Shown here piece after piece: positions 1-9,113 of a DNA stretch of 64,000 nucleotides. The stretch is from Bdellovibrionota bacterium (GTDB lineage Bacteria; Bdellovibrionota_G; JALEGL01; DATDPG01), in assembly GCA_035292885.1 (NCBI GenBank), contig DATDPG010000164.1, forward strand, positions 1,386 through 65,385. The letters run 5' to 3'. How positions within the stretch are numbered: position 1 is the first letter of the stretch; every line of letters starts with the position of its first letter. Both the position numbers and the translations under genes were made by a program. Under the pieces are notes generated by a model. It made no database searches and was not told the origin of the DNA. It saw only the letters and a list, made by a program, of their open reading frames with translations.

Positions 1-1537
1 ATCCCGCGTCCATCTGACGATTCTCCGCCAAGGCGACCAGTACCTCGCCACGGACCGGTCCACCAACGGCACCTTCGTCAACAACAAACGAATCACCAGT
101 CATGAATTGAAGCCGAACGATCAGATCCGCGTCGGCAATTGGACGATTATTTTCGGCTCCACCGTGGAAGAACCGGAGGAGAAAACCGTCGTTCTCTCCG
201 ACCGCGACCCCACTCGGGTCCTCTCCTTTCGGCCGGAAAAGAATGAGCTGGTGTTTGAGCGGGCTCTTTTGGAACGGATGGGCACCGGAACCCCTCCCTA
301 CCCCATCGGCAAATCGATCGTCACCATCGGAAAATCCAAGGCGAACGACATCGTCATCACGGACGAATTCGTTTCGACGTTTCATTGCAAGATCGAAAAC
401 CGGAAGGGAATTTTCTATCTCAAGGACCTGGGCAGCACCAACGGCACGCTGCTCAACGGGCAGAAGGTGATTGAAACCGCGCTGCCGTTCAATTCGACGA
501 TTGAAATCGGACAAACAAAGCTACGGCTCTTTTCGTTGCAGGAGGTCCGTACCGTCGAAGCGATGAAAGATTCTCAGTTCGAGGGAATTCACTCCAACAG
601 CCCCCGCATGCGGGAAGTGTTTTCCCTCATTGCGCGCGTGGCGACTTCCGACACGACCGTTCTCATCCAGGGAGAGACGGGCGCGGGCAAGGAACTTGTC
701 GCGCGGGCGCTCCACAACCAGAGCGGCCGTTCGGGAAAGTCGTTCGTGGCGATCAACTGCGGAGCGATTTCGCGGGATTTGGTGGAAAGCGAACTCTTCG
801 GCCATGAGAAAGGCGCGTTTACGTCCGCGCACCAGCAACATCGCGGAGTTTTCGAACAGGCCAACGGCGGCACCCTCTTTCTCGATGAAGTCGGCGAACT
901 TCCGCTCGACCTCCAGCCCAAATTGTTGCGCGTGCTCGAAACGGGCGAGATCAAGCGAGTCGGCGGCACGCAATTGATCGACGTGGACGTTCGCGTCGTC
1001 GCGGCCACCAATCGCGATCTCGCCGGAGAGGTCCGAAAAGGAAAATTTAGGGAGGATTTATTCTTTCGATTGTTCGTCGTGCCGATCAAGCTGCCGCCGT
1101 TGAGGGAGCGGCCCGAGGATATTCCCTTGCTGGTCAACCACTTCCTCAAACAGGAGCTCGCGTCCAGTAAATCGAGGGCGCTCAAGAAAGTGGAGCCCGC
1201 GGCGATGGACCGCCTGGTCGACTATCCCTGGCCCGGAAACATTCGGGAACTTAAGAACGTGATCAGCCGGGCGGTACTCGAATGCAAAACCGACACGATC
1301 GGCCCCGGCGACCTGCAATTCACTCCCCTGGGTGTACGCGATCTGACGGCACATGATTTTAATGAAGACGAGGGACCGGCGGCCGTTTCCCGTTCCCTCA
1401 AAGACGTGGAACGCGATCGCATCCTCACGGAACTCCGACGGAATCGTTGGAACAAGAAGGCCACGGCGAAAGTCCTCGGCATCGCGAAATCGACGCTCCA
1501 CGAGAAGATTCGAAAGTATAATATTCAGGAAGATTAG
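1..1537 (+). CDS. sigma-54-dependent Fis-family transcriptional activator with N-terminal FHA domains (5' end outside window)
   Basis: Reading frame is open from position 2 and in frame with ORF 107..1537. FHA-like segments (GNWTIIFG; TIGKSKANDIVITDEFVSTFHCKIE). AAA+ sigma54-interaction motifs GETGAGKE, GAFTSA, ESELFGHEKGAF. C-terminal Fis-type HTH (KKATAKVLGIAKSTLHEKIRKY). Confidence 0.85.
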   Translation, partial: SRVHLTILRQGDQYLATDRSTNGTFVNNKRITSHELKPNDQIRVGNWTIIFGSTVEEPEEKTVVLSDRDPTRVLSFRPEKNELVFERALLERMGTGTPPYPIGKSIVTIGKSKANDIVITDEFVSTFHCKIENRKGIFYLKDLGSTNGTLLNGQKVIETALPFNSTIEIGQTKLRLFSLQEVRTVEAMKDSQFEGIHSNSPRMREVFSLIARVATSDTTVLIQGETGAGKELVARALHNQSGRSGKSFVAINCGAISRDLVESELFGHEKGAFTSAHQQHRGVFEQANGGTLFLDEVGELPLDLQPKLLRVLETGEIKRVGGTQLIDVDVRVVAATNRDLAGEVRKGKFREDLFFRLFVVPIKLPPLRERPEDIPLLVNHFLKQELASSKSRALKKVEPAAMDRLVDYPWPGNIRELKNVISRAVLECKTDTIGPGDLQFTPLGVRDLTAHDFNEDEGPAAVSRSLKDVERDRILTELRRNRWNKKATAKVLGIAKSTLHEKIRKYNIQED

Positions 1538-1561
1538 GCGCTTCAGTCAAACATTTTTTTA

Positions 1562-1648
1562 CGTAGCGTTGCGGGTGGCGAGGCGGGGGTCCCCATTGCG
1601 AGCAAACGGCGCAGCAATGGGGGTGCACGCCGAGACCGGAGCCCGTAA
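1562..1648. terminator. long imperfect stem-loop between convergent genes (candidate bidirectional terminator)
   Basis: cgtagcgttgcggg at ~1562 pairs with cccgtaacgctacg at ~1636 (one mismatch). Lies between the + strand regulator stop and the - strand HU stop. Confidence 0.25.
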
Positions 1649-1659
1649 CGCTACGATTT

Positions 1660-1941
1660 CTACTTCAGATCTTGTTTGAGATTGGCTGAAGCCCGGAAGA
1701 CGACGGTCTTGGAAGCCGGGATCATCATCTCTTCGCCGCTCTGGGGATTTCGGCCTTTGCGCTCCTTGCGCTTCTTGACCGCGAAGGTTCCGAACCCGGG
1801 ATAGGTAAATCGTTTGCCGCGCCGAATGGCGAGCGAGAGATTATCGAACAGGCTTTCGACCAAATCGGAGGCGGCGGCCTTGGAAATGCTGCGATGTTTG
1901 TGATTGGTCGCGATCTTCTCGATCAATTCCTGTTTCGTCAT
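1660..1941 (-). CDS. HU/IHF-family nucleoid DNA-binding protein
   Basis: MTKQELIEKIA...GFGTFAV..R.GRNPQSGEE signature of HU/IHF. Start taken at the internal Met (MTKQEL) of the 110-aa ORF. Confidence 0.85.
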   Translation of the reverse strand: MTKQELIEKIATNHKHRSISKAAASDLVESLFDNLSLAIRRGKRFTYPGFGTFAVKKRKERKGRNPQSGEEMMIPASKTVVFRASANLKQDLK

Positions 1942-2061
1942 ACATCCTCCGGGAAAGCATGCGGTATACCGGAGCAAATCGACTCCTGTCAAGCAGCTCC
2001 CGCGAGATTGGCCTTCTCTTGCCCATGGAACCGGCGAATGCGATAATTCCGATCTTCACCT

Positions 2062-2574
2062 ATGAAATCACAACACCTTTTTTGGTTCTGCCTTTTCTTC
2101 ATTCTCCCATCCTGCGCGCCGAAAGAGTTCAATGAACCGGGGATCCTCCCCGCCACGTCCGAACCGACGAAGAAATCGTTCGTCGGGAGCTACGGCGACG
2201 TATGGAATGCGACCCTCTCCGCGCTTCAATCCAAGAAATATACGGTCGGCAGTGCTTCCCGCGACAGCGGCGCCATCACGACCGATTGGATTCTGGGAAA
2301 ATCGGACCGTCTGTATTCCGGATACGGCGACACGCGAATCCCGTACAACATTCGTTTCAAATTGACGCTCCACCTTCGGCCGTCGAGGTCGGGAGTGGAA
2401 GTTAAAGTGAGCAACGAGGAACAATATTATTCCGACTCCGTGACGGCAGGGACCGATTTCACCGGTTCCCTGTACCAATGGCTCCCGACGGAAAGCTCCC
2501 GCGCGAAAGAAGGCGGCCTTTTGGCGGAAATTGAAACCCAGTTGGCCGCCCGAAAAAGCGGAGCGAATAAGTAA
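2062..2574 (+). CDS. hypothetical lipoprotein
   Basis: Signal peptide with lipobox (FFILPSC). No recognisable catalytic motif. Confidence 0.45.
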   Translation: MKSQHLFWFCLFFILPSCAPKEFNEPGILPATSEPTKKSFVGSYGDVWNATLSALQSKKYTVGSASRDSGAITTDWILGKSDRLYSGYGDTRIPYNIRFKLTLHLRPSRSGVEVKVSNEEQYYSDSVTAGTDFTGSLYQWLPTESSRAKEGGLLAEIETQLAARKSGANK

Positions 2575-2589
2575 AAATACTCGGACCGG

Positions 2590-4125
2590 ATGACGTCTGC
2601 GTCCCCCACTCGCCGTTTTGGAAAATACACGCTGGTCTCCAAGCTCGGAATGGGGGGCATGGCCGAAGTCTATAAGGCGGAGTATCTAGGCAACCCCAAC
2701 ATCGTCGTCGCCATCAAGCGGATTCTTCCCCAGTTCTCCCAGGACAAAAAACTGATCAATATGCTCGTGAACGAAGCGCGGCTCACGGTCGGGCTTTCGC
2801 AACCCAACATCGTCCCCGTCCTCGATTTTGGAATCATCGATGGTGACTACTTCCTCGCCATGGAGTACGTGCGGGGAAAGGATCTCAAGTCGATCATGAT
2901 CCGGGCCAAGACCCGTAAGGCCGACCTACCGATCCCGATGGTTCTGTTCATTCTCCGCCAAGTATTGGCGGGACTCGATCACGCCCACAACAAACGGGAC
3001 AACTTCGACCGTCCCCTTCAAATCATTCATCGGGATATCTCCCCCCAAAACATCATCGTCTCGCTCTGGGGTCAGGTGAAGATTCTCGATTTCGGTATCG
3101 CCAAAGCGGCTTCGATGGCGAGTGAGACGCAGGCCGGAATCTTGAAGGGCAAATTCAGTTACATGTCGCCGGAGCAGGCCCAGGGCGAGGACGTCGACGT
3201 CCGGACCGACATTTATTCCTCGGGTATCGTTCTGTGGGAAATGCTGACGCTGGAAAGCTGCTTCCAGGCTGAAACCGACATCAAGCTGTTGGAACGGGTG
3301 CGAAACGGCGAGATCCGCGATCCATCGGCGGTGAACAAAAAGATTCCACGGGATCTCGCAGCGATCGTGATGCAGGCGTTGGAGAAAAAGCCGCGAAAGC
3401 GCTTTCAAACCGCCGCCGAGTTCGCTTCCGCTCTCGAAGCGTTTCAGAAGGACCGATTTGGCAATGTCACGGAAGCGGACCTCGCGGCTTTTGTGCGAAC
3501 CATTTTTGGGATCACACCGGATGAAGTCCCCGCCGTGGCGGCGTCCAAAAAAGTCACCGCCAAAGACCTGTTCGCGGGTGGCATCGACCAGGCCATAGCG
3601 GACACGGTGCAGGCCAGCAGTGAAGGAATTGTCCCGATCCGGCGAAAGCGCCGGCCGGCGATTCGCTGGTCTTTACCCGACTGGGTTCCGCGAATGGCCG
3701 CGGCTCTGGCGACGGTCGCACTGGTAGGCGCATTTTTTTGGAAATTTTCTCCAAAGCACCTCTTCCGGCTTTACGATCGGCAGATCGTCCGAGCCGTGTA
3801 CTGGGTGCAGCAATTTCGTACGACGGAACCAAGTGCTCAGCCGACGATTCTCGATCTGGCACTGCCCGAAGTGCCGGAACCGCTCTATGCATTACAGCTT
3901 TCGTTCGCTGTCCAAAAACAGATGAATGCGCTGCCGTTTGAGACGTTCGAGCGAGTTCGCGATCGAACGTTGGATCTTTCCTTCGACCCGCATCCCTCCG
4001 CGGCGCAGCTCAACCCCGAGCGGCCCGGGTCTTGGTCGCTGAACCAGGACGGTTATCAGATTTCGTACTCGATCCGGGATCAACCCAAAGCGATTACCAT
4101 CGAGAGCATCCAGAAGCTTCATTGA
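2590..4125 (+). CDS. Hanks-type serine/threonine protein kinase with C-terminal TM and extracytoplasmic domain
   Basis: Gly-rich loop GMGGMAEVYKA, catalytic HRDISPQNIIV, DFGIAKA, SPEQ motif. TM segment MAAALATVALVGAFFW. Confidence 0.85.
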   Translation: MTSASPTRRFGKYTLVSKLGMGGMAEVYKAEYLGNPNIVVAIKRILPQFSQDKKLINMLVNEARLTVGLSQPNIVPVLDFGIIDGDYFLAMEYVRGKDLKSIMIRAKTRKADLPIPMVLFILRQVLAGLDHAHNKRDNFDRPLQIIHRDISPQNIIVSLWGQVKILDFGIAKAASMASETQAGILKGKFSYMSPEQAQGEDVDVRTDIYSSGIVLWEMLTLESCFQAETDIKLLERVRNGEIRDPSAVNKKIPRDLAAIVMQALEKKPRKRFQTAAEFASALEAFQKDRFGNVTEADLAAFVRTIFGITPDEVPAVAASKKVTAKDLFAGGIDQAIADTVQASSEGIVPIRRKRRPAIRWSLPDWVPRMAAALATVALVGAFFWKFSPKHLFRLYDRQIVRAVYWVQQFRTTEPSAQPTILDLALPEVPEPLYALQLSFAVQKQMNALPFETFERVRDRTLDLSFDPHPSAAQLNPERPGSWSLNQDGYQISYSIRDQPKAITIESIQKLH

Positions 4126-5042
4126 GCCGGTGGAGTCTTTTTCGACTCGAACCACGCAATCCATTGTTTCGCGCAATCGTGCGGAGAGAGATTCAATTCC
4201 TTCGCCGGCGGGGCTTCCGGCACGAGTTGCGCGAGAGCGGAACATCCGCGTTCGAGCAGCACAGGATCCTCTTCTTTCAGCACGACCAAGAGCGTCTCTG
4301 CGGCCTCTTCGCCTCCGATGGAAACCAAGGCTTCCAGAATGTGTTCCCGTATCCAAAGACTCCGCCCTCGATAGAAACTCCTAGGCGACACGAGTTCCGC
4401 GCGAAGGAGGGATACCGCTTCTCGGTCCTTAAGCTCTGCCATTGCGTCGACCACGGCCGAGCGAACCACCATCGCCTTGTCCGATAAAGCTTCTCGCAAA
4501 CGTGGCGCGGCCTGCGGATCTTTCATCTTGCCGAGCGCCTGCGCCGCCGCCAATCGAACCAAAAAGAGCGGATCTTTAAGCCCTTTCTCCAAAGCCAGGC
4601 GGGCCTCTTCACCCCCTAGGCGGCCCAGAGCCATTCCGGCGATCCATCTGGACTGCCAAAGAGCCGATGCGTCGACGTAAATTTCCGCCAGCGGCGGAAC
4701 CGCCTCTTCCCCAATGGCAACCAGGTCCGAAAATTGGTTCGGATATTCGTCCCCCGGAGGAACCGAGGCGATGATTTCGCGAACCCGCTCGGCCGAACTC
4801 TTCGGCGTGGCCACGGGTGTCGCCGTAGGTTGCGGAGTCACTTTTGGGCCGGGCTTTGCCGGCGCGGGTGTGGGGGTGGGCGTCGGCGTGCTCTCTTCCG
4901 GAATCGGGAGAAACGTCTCTGGATCCCCGAAACGAATCGGCTCTTCCGATTCCTGTTGCGAAAAGCCTTTCGGGACGAAGGTCGCCAAGACGAACCCGAT
5001 GAGGCTCGCTTGAAAGATGAGTCGTTTTCTGAGATACGTCAT
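4119..5042 (-). CDS. secreted HEAT/PBS-lyase repeat protein with Pro/Thr linker
   Basis: ATG at 5042. Signal peptide MTYLRKRLIFQASLIGFVLATF. PTPTPTPAPAKPG linker. Repeated LAAAQALGKM.../VRSAVVDAMAEL HEAT-like units. The longer ORF extension upstream overlaps ispH and is rejected. Confidence 0.55.
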   Translation of the reverse strand: MTYLRKRLIFQASLIGFVLATFVPKGFSQQESEEPIRFGDPETFLPIPEESTPTPTPTPAPAKPGPKVTPQPTATPVATPKSSAERVREIIASVPPGDEYPNQFSDLVAIGEEAVPPLAEIYVDASALWQSRWIAGMALGRLGGEEARLALEKGLKDPLFLVRLAAAQALGKMKDPQAAPRLREALSDKAMVVRSAVVDAMAELKDREAVSLLRAELVSPRSFYRGRSLWIREHILEALVSIGGEEAAETLLVVLKEEDPVLLERGCSALAQLVPEAPPAKELNLSPHDCAKQWIAWFESKKTPPAQ

Positions 5043-5049
5043 GATTCGA

Positions 5050-6020
5050 TGAAAGTTCTCCTCTCCAGGCCCCGCGGATTTTGCGCCGGTGTGGTGCGCG
5101 CCATCGACACCGTTGAAATCGCGCTTCAACACTTCGGAACCCCATTGTACGTCCGCAAGGAGATTGTTCACAATCAGGCCGTCGTCGCCCAATTTCGGGC
5201 CCGAGGCGTCGAGTTCATCGATGCCCTGGACGAAGCCCCTTCCGGCAGCCTGGTGGTGTTCAGCGCCCACGGCGTATCGCCGGAGGTTCGCAAACAGGCC
5301 TCGGACCGGAACCTTCATGTCATCGACGCCACCTGCCCGCTGGTGACAAAAGTTCACGCCGAGGTCCACCGGTTCCGCAAGCAAGGGTATTCGATTCTCC
5401 TGATCGGCCACGAGGATCACGACGAAGTGCAAGGTACGTTGGGCGAGGCTCCGGAAATAATCCATGTCGTCGGCTCGGCGGAAGAGGCGGACAGAGTTCA
5501 GGTTCCCAATCCGAACAAGGTCGTCGCTCTCACACAGACGACGTTAAGCGTGGACGAGGCCAGCATCATCATCGACGCGCTTCGTAAACGGTTCCCTAAA
5601 CTGGAGACACCCGCGAAGGATGATATTTGTTACGCCACGCAGAATCGCCAAGACGCCGTAAAAGCGCTGGTCAGCCAAGGAATCCACCTGTTGCTGGTCG
5701 TCGGCTCGCAAAACAGCTCCAATTCCGTTCGACTTTGCGAGGTCGCCGAAGCCTTGGGCGTGGAGGCGCATCTCATCGATCGGGCGGCCGAAATTGACCC
5801 GAAGTGGTTAGAAGGAACGGAAGCGATCGGCCTGACGGCGGGTGCATCCGCACCCGAATATATCGTCCAGGAAGTTATCCGTTGGTTGGAACAACAGGGT
5901 GCCAAGACCGAGGAACTCGACCTCATTCAGGAAGACGTCAATTTCGCTTTGCCCACGGAGCTGACCCAATTGGTCGACAGTCAAGAGCTGCGCCTGCTTC
6001 CGACGGCGGCGGCGGGCTAA
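5050..6020 (+). CDS. ispH: 4-hydroxy-3-methylbut-2-enyl diphosphate reductase
   Basis: ATG at 5050 (MKVLLSRPRGFCAGVVRAI). Conserved IspH/LytB blocks (HNQAVV, VVFSAHGVSP, ATCPLVTKVH, VVGSQNSSNS). Confidence 0.9.
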
Positions 6021-6280
6021 AAAAGTAAACCGGGAACCCTCTTCCGAAGATTCCCGGTCCCTTCGATTCCTGACGACCCCCAACGTACCGCTGTCAGGGC
6101 AACCTCATTTCCCTCTTACTTCAAAAAAGTTGGGGACTCCCGCCAGTCTCTCCATAACCCGGAAGCCCCCGCTTCCCCGTGTTTGATCTTGTGATGTGCA
6201 GCGATTGTGCCACCGATCTTGAATTTTGAGTTTCAGTAATATCGATTAGTTACGTGGCCATCGGTGTGCAGAATGGAATC

Positions 6281-6320
6281 GTTTTGACACCGACAAAACG
6301 CACCGCTGGGTGCGTTTTGA
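6281..6320. terminator. tandem hairpins, candidate bidirectional terminator
   Basis: cgttttg/caaaacg then aaaacgcacc-gctg-ggtgcgtttt with T run. Downstream of both ispH (+) and the gamma-lyase (-). Confidence 0.3.
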
Positions 6321-6333
6321 TCCCAAACGAAAA

Positions 6334-7509
6334 CTAAAACCGAACGGAATCGTCCGCCCGATGATCAAGAGCTGCCCGAAGATCGTTCAAGAGATCGTCG
6401 GCGTGTTCAATTCCTACCGAAAGCCGGATAAATCCGTCCGTTATGCCAAGTTTTCCCCTTACGTCCGGCGGAAGGCTCGCGTGCGTCATGATGGCGGGGT
6501 GCTCAATGAGAGACTCGACACCCCCCAAACTTTCCGCGAGCGTGAAGATCTTCAGTGACGAGAGAAACTTTTTTGTCTGTTGAAGATTTAACTTGAGCCG
6601 CGCGCTGATCATTCCGCCGAAATCTTTCATCTGTTTTTTCGCCAGGGCATGTTGCGGATGGGAGGCGAGTCCGGGGTAAAACACCTGTTCCACTTTCGGA
6701 TGCTTCTCCAAGAACGTGACAATCGCTTTTGCATTGGCCGTATGCCGCTCCATCCGAAGCGCCAGCGTCTTAAGTCCCCGCAACGTAAGCCAGGCATCGA
6801 ACGGACCGGGAACGGCGCCGATCGAGTTCTGAAGAAAGCGGATCCGCTCGGCCAGAGCATCGTCGCCAACGGCCACCGCTCCACCCACGACGTCCGAATG
6901 GCCGCCGATATACTTCGTCGTGGAGTGAAGAACGATATCGGCGCCCAACGCGAGCGGATTCTGCAAATACGGACTGGCGAATGTATTGTCGACGACCGAT
7001 AAGATTTTCTTTTTGCGCGCTTTGGAACAGATCGCCTCGATGTCGATCAGTTTAAGCAAGGGGTTCGTCGGCGTCTCGATCCAGACCATTCGGGTTTTGG
7101 CCGTAACGGTGTCATCGAACGCCTTCGGATTCGTTAAATCCACGAACGAAAAGGTGTAATTTCGCCGATGCAAAACCTTTGAAAAGAGCCGGTAGGTCCC
7201 GCCGTACACGTCGTCACAACAGACGACATGACTTCCCTCCTCCAAAAGATGAAGCAGTGTCGCGGCCGCTCCCATTCCGGAAGAGAACGCGGCGCCATGC
7301 TTCCCTCCCTCCAGGGACGCCAAGCATCGTTCCAACGCTTCGCGCGTCGGATTTCGCGTCCGGGAGTAGTCGTATCCTTTGTGTTCTCCGGGAGCCGACT
7401 GAGCATATGTGCTTGTCTGGTAAATCGGCTGGATGACGGCTCCGGTGGACGGGTCGGGAGCCTGGCCCACGTGAATCGCACGGGTTTCGAAGCGGGCTTC
7501 GTCCTTCAT
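6334..7509 (-). CDS. cystathionine gamma-lyase/gamma-synthase family PLP enzyme (Cys/Met metabolism)
   Basis: N-terminus RAIHVGQ...STYAQ, PLP-lysine region HSTTKYIGGHSDVVGGAV. 4-bp overlap with the upstream CBS gene. Confidence 0.85.
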   Translation of the reverse strand: MKDEARFETRAIHVGQAPDPSTGAVIQPIYQTSTYAQSAPGEHKGYDYSRTRNPTREALERCLASLEGGKHGAAFSSGMGAAATLLHLLEEGSHVVCCDDVYGGTYRLFSKVLHRRNYTFSFVDLTNPKAFDDTVTAKTRMVWIETPTNPLLKLIDIEAICSKARKKKILSVVDNTFASPYLQNPLALGADIVLHSTTKYIGGHSDVVGGAVAVGDDALAERIRFLQNSIGAVPGPFDAWLTLRGLKTLALRMERHTANAKAIVTFLEKHPKVEQVFYPGLASHPQHALAKKQMKDFGGMISARLKLNLQQTKKFLSSLKIFTLAESLGGVESLIEHPAIMTHASLPPDVRGKLGITDGFIRLSVGIEHADDLLNDLRAALDHRADDSVRF

Positions 7510-8879
7510 TGAACTCTTGCCGAAAGGTAATCGACCAAATCGATCTTCGTGACGATCCCGACGACCTTGCCGTTATCGCTGACGATCACGATCTTTCCTT
7601 CACGGAATGCCGGACCCAATTCGCCGATCCCGGCGGTGGGATCCAAGATTTTAAAGTCCTGGTCCACGTACTTGTCGATCGCTCGATCGGCCGCCTCCAC
7701 ATCCTTCAGCATGGCATTCAAGAGGTCCACCTCGCTGATCAGGCCGACCAGTTTTCCGCGATCCAAAACCGGAAGCTGGGAAATCGAACTTTTCTTCATC
7801 ATCGCTACGACCTCTCGGACGTTGGCTCCCCGTTCCGCCGAAATGACCTTCCCGTAGCGACTTCCCAAGACGTCCCGCACCGATCCGACCGAACGCCGAT
7901 CTTCCAGGAAACGGTTTTCACGCATCCACCCGTCGTCGTAAAACTTCGAGAGGTACCGCGAACCGCTGTCCGGTAGAAGAATGAGAAACGTTTTCTTGCC
8001 GGAAAGACTCTTCGCAAACTTCAAGGCTCCCGCCACGGCGCCGCCACAAGACCCGCCCACGAAGAGTCCTTCCTTTTTCGCCAGATCGCGCGCGGTTTGA
8101 AAACATTCTTTGTCGTTCACTTGAACCATCTCATCGATCATTTTGAAGTCGATGGCCCCGGGAAGAAAGTCTTCTCCGAATCCTTCCACCTTATAAGTCG
8201 TTAAAACTTTCACCAGTTTCCCGGTTTTGAAATACTCGTAAAACACCGATCCCTCGGGGTCGACACAAAGCGATTTCATTTTCGAGTTCTTTTCTTTAAG
8301 GAATTTTGTCGTGCCGCTGATGGTTCCGCCGGTTCCGGTGGCCACGACCAAATAATCGATTTTATCTCCCATCTGATCCCAAATCTCCGGACCGGTCATT
8401 CGGTAGTGCGCCTTCGCGTTGGAAGGGTTGTGGTACTGGTTTGAGTAAAATGCGTTCGGGATTTCCTGAGAAAGACGCTTGGCGACGGAGTAATAACTGC
8501 GCGGGTCATCGGGCTCGACGGCCGTCGGCGTTGTGATGACTCGCGCTCCGAAGGCACGAAGCGCTTTGATCTTTTCGTCCGAAACTTTGTCCGGCATGAC
8601 AAAGACGCACTGGTATCCTTTCACCGCGCCGACCATCGCGAGCCCCATGCCGGTGTTTCCGGACGTACATTCGATGATCGTTCCGCCCGGCTTGAGTTCT
8701 CCCGAAGCCTCGGCGTCTTCCACGATTTGCAGAGCGATTCGATCCTTGATCGACGCCCCCGGATTCAAAAACTCCAGCTTCGCGTAGAACTTATGCGGCA
8801 TATCCGCGCCCAGTTTGTGAAGCTTTACAATCGGCGTCTGCCCCACACACTCCAAAATGTTCTCATATATCTTAGCCAC
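7506..8879 (-). CDS. cystathionine beta-synthase with C-terminal CBS (Bateman) pair
   Basis: PLP-fold II motifs (NPGASIKDR, TSGNTGMGLA, GTGGTISG). C-terminal CBS domains. Operon with the gamma-lyase (reverse transsulfuration). Confidence 0.85.
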   Translation of the reverse strand: MAKIYENILECVGQTPIVKLHKLGADMPHKFYAKLEFLNPGASIKDRIALQIVEDAEASGELKPGGTIIECTSGNTGMGLAMVGAVKGYQCVFVMPDKVSDEKIKALRAFGARVITTPTAVEPDDPRSYYSVAKRLSQEIPNAFYSNQYHNPSNAKAHYRMTGPEIWDQMGDKIDYLVVATGTGGTISGTTKFLKEKNSKMKSLCVDPEGSVFYEYFKTGKLVKVLTTYKVEGFGEDFLPGAIDFKMIDEMVQVNDKECFQTARDLAKKEGLFVGGSCGGAVAGALKFAKSLSGKKTFLILLPDSGSRYLSKFYDDGWMRENRFLEDRRSVGSVRDVLGSRYGKVISAERGANVREVVAMMKKSSISQLPVLDRGKLVGLISEVDLLNAMLKDVEAADRAIDKYVDQDFKILDPTAGIGELGPAFREGKIVIVSDNGKVVGIVTKIDLVDYLSARVQ

Positions 8880-8936
8880 GGTTGGATCTTTTATACCTCA
8901 GCCGAAATCGGAACTCATCTTTCGTCATGCGATGCG

Positions 8937-9092
8937 GAGAGAATGAGGGAGAGCCTTTGGCGACGCGGGCGTCTCGGAGGCCGTCTCATCAATGGATCTA
9001 ATGACGAGACGGCCGAGAGCCGAGCCGCCGATCGGCGCGTAAAGCCGATCGGACGGCGTCCCGCGGAACCAAAGGCTCTCCAGCATTCTCTC
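8937..9092 (-). promoter_or_regulatory. highly structured leader upstream of the CBS/gamma-lyase operon (candidate cis-regulatory RNA)
   Basis: 24-nt long-range inverted repeat (gagagaatgagggagagcctttgg / ccaaaggctctccagcattctctc). It encloses CGCGGG/CCCGCG, the CCGATCGG palindrome pair and the ggccgtctc...gagacggcc hairpin. Confidence 0.3.
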
Positions 9093-9113
9093 TTCTAACG
9101 CAACGGAGTTGGA

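Noticed and set aside
521-1501. Several 100-200-aa ORFs on both strands inside the sigma-54 regulator gene
   Set aside because: Overlap a strongly supported CDS. Arg/Ser/Pro-rich translations typical of high-GC antisense frames.
4734-5049. N-terminal extension of the ispH ORF starting at 4734
   Set aside because: Arg/Gly-rich junk overlapping the HEAT-repeat gene. Canonical IspH N-terminus begins at the ATG at 5050.
6021-6280. Possible small RNA in the 313-bp ispH-downstream spacer
   Set aside because: Only short local hairpins (ccgggaa/ttcccgg). No recognisable ncRNA family features by eye.
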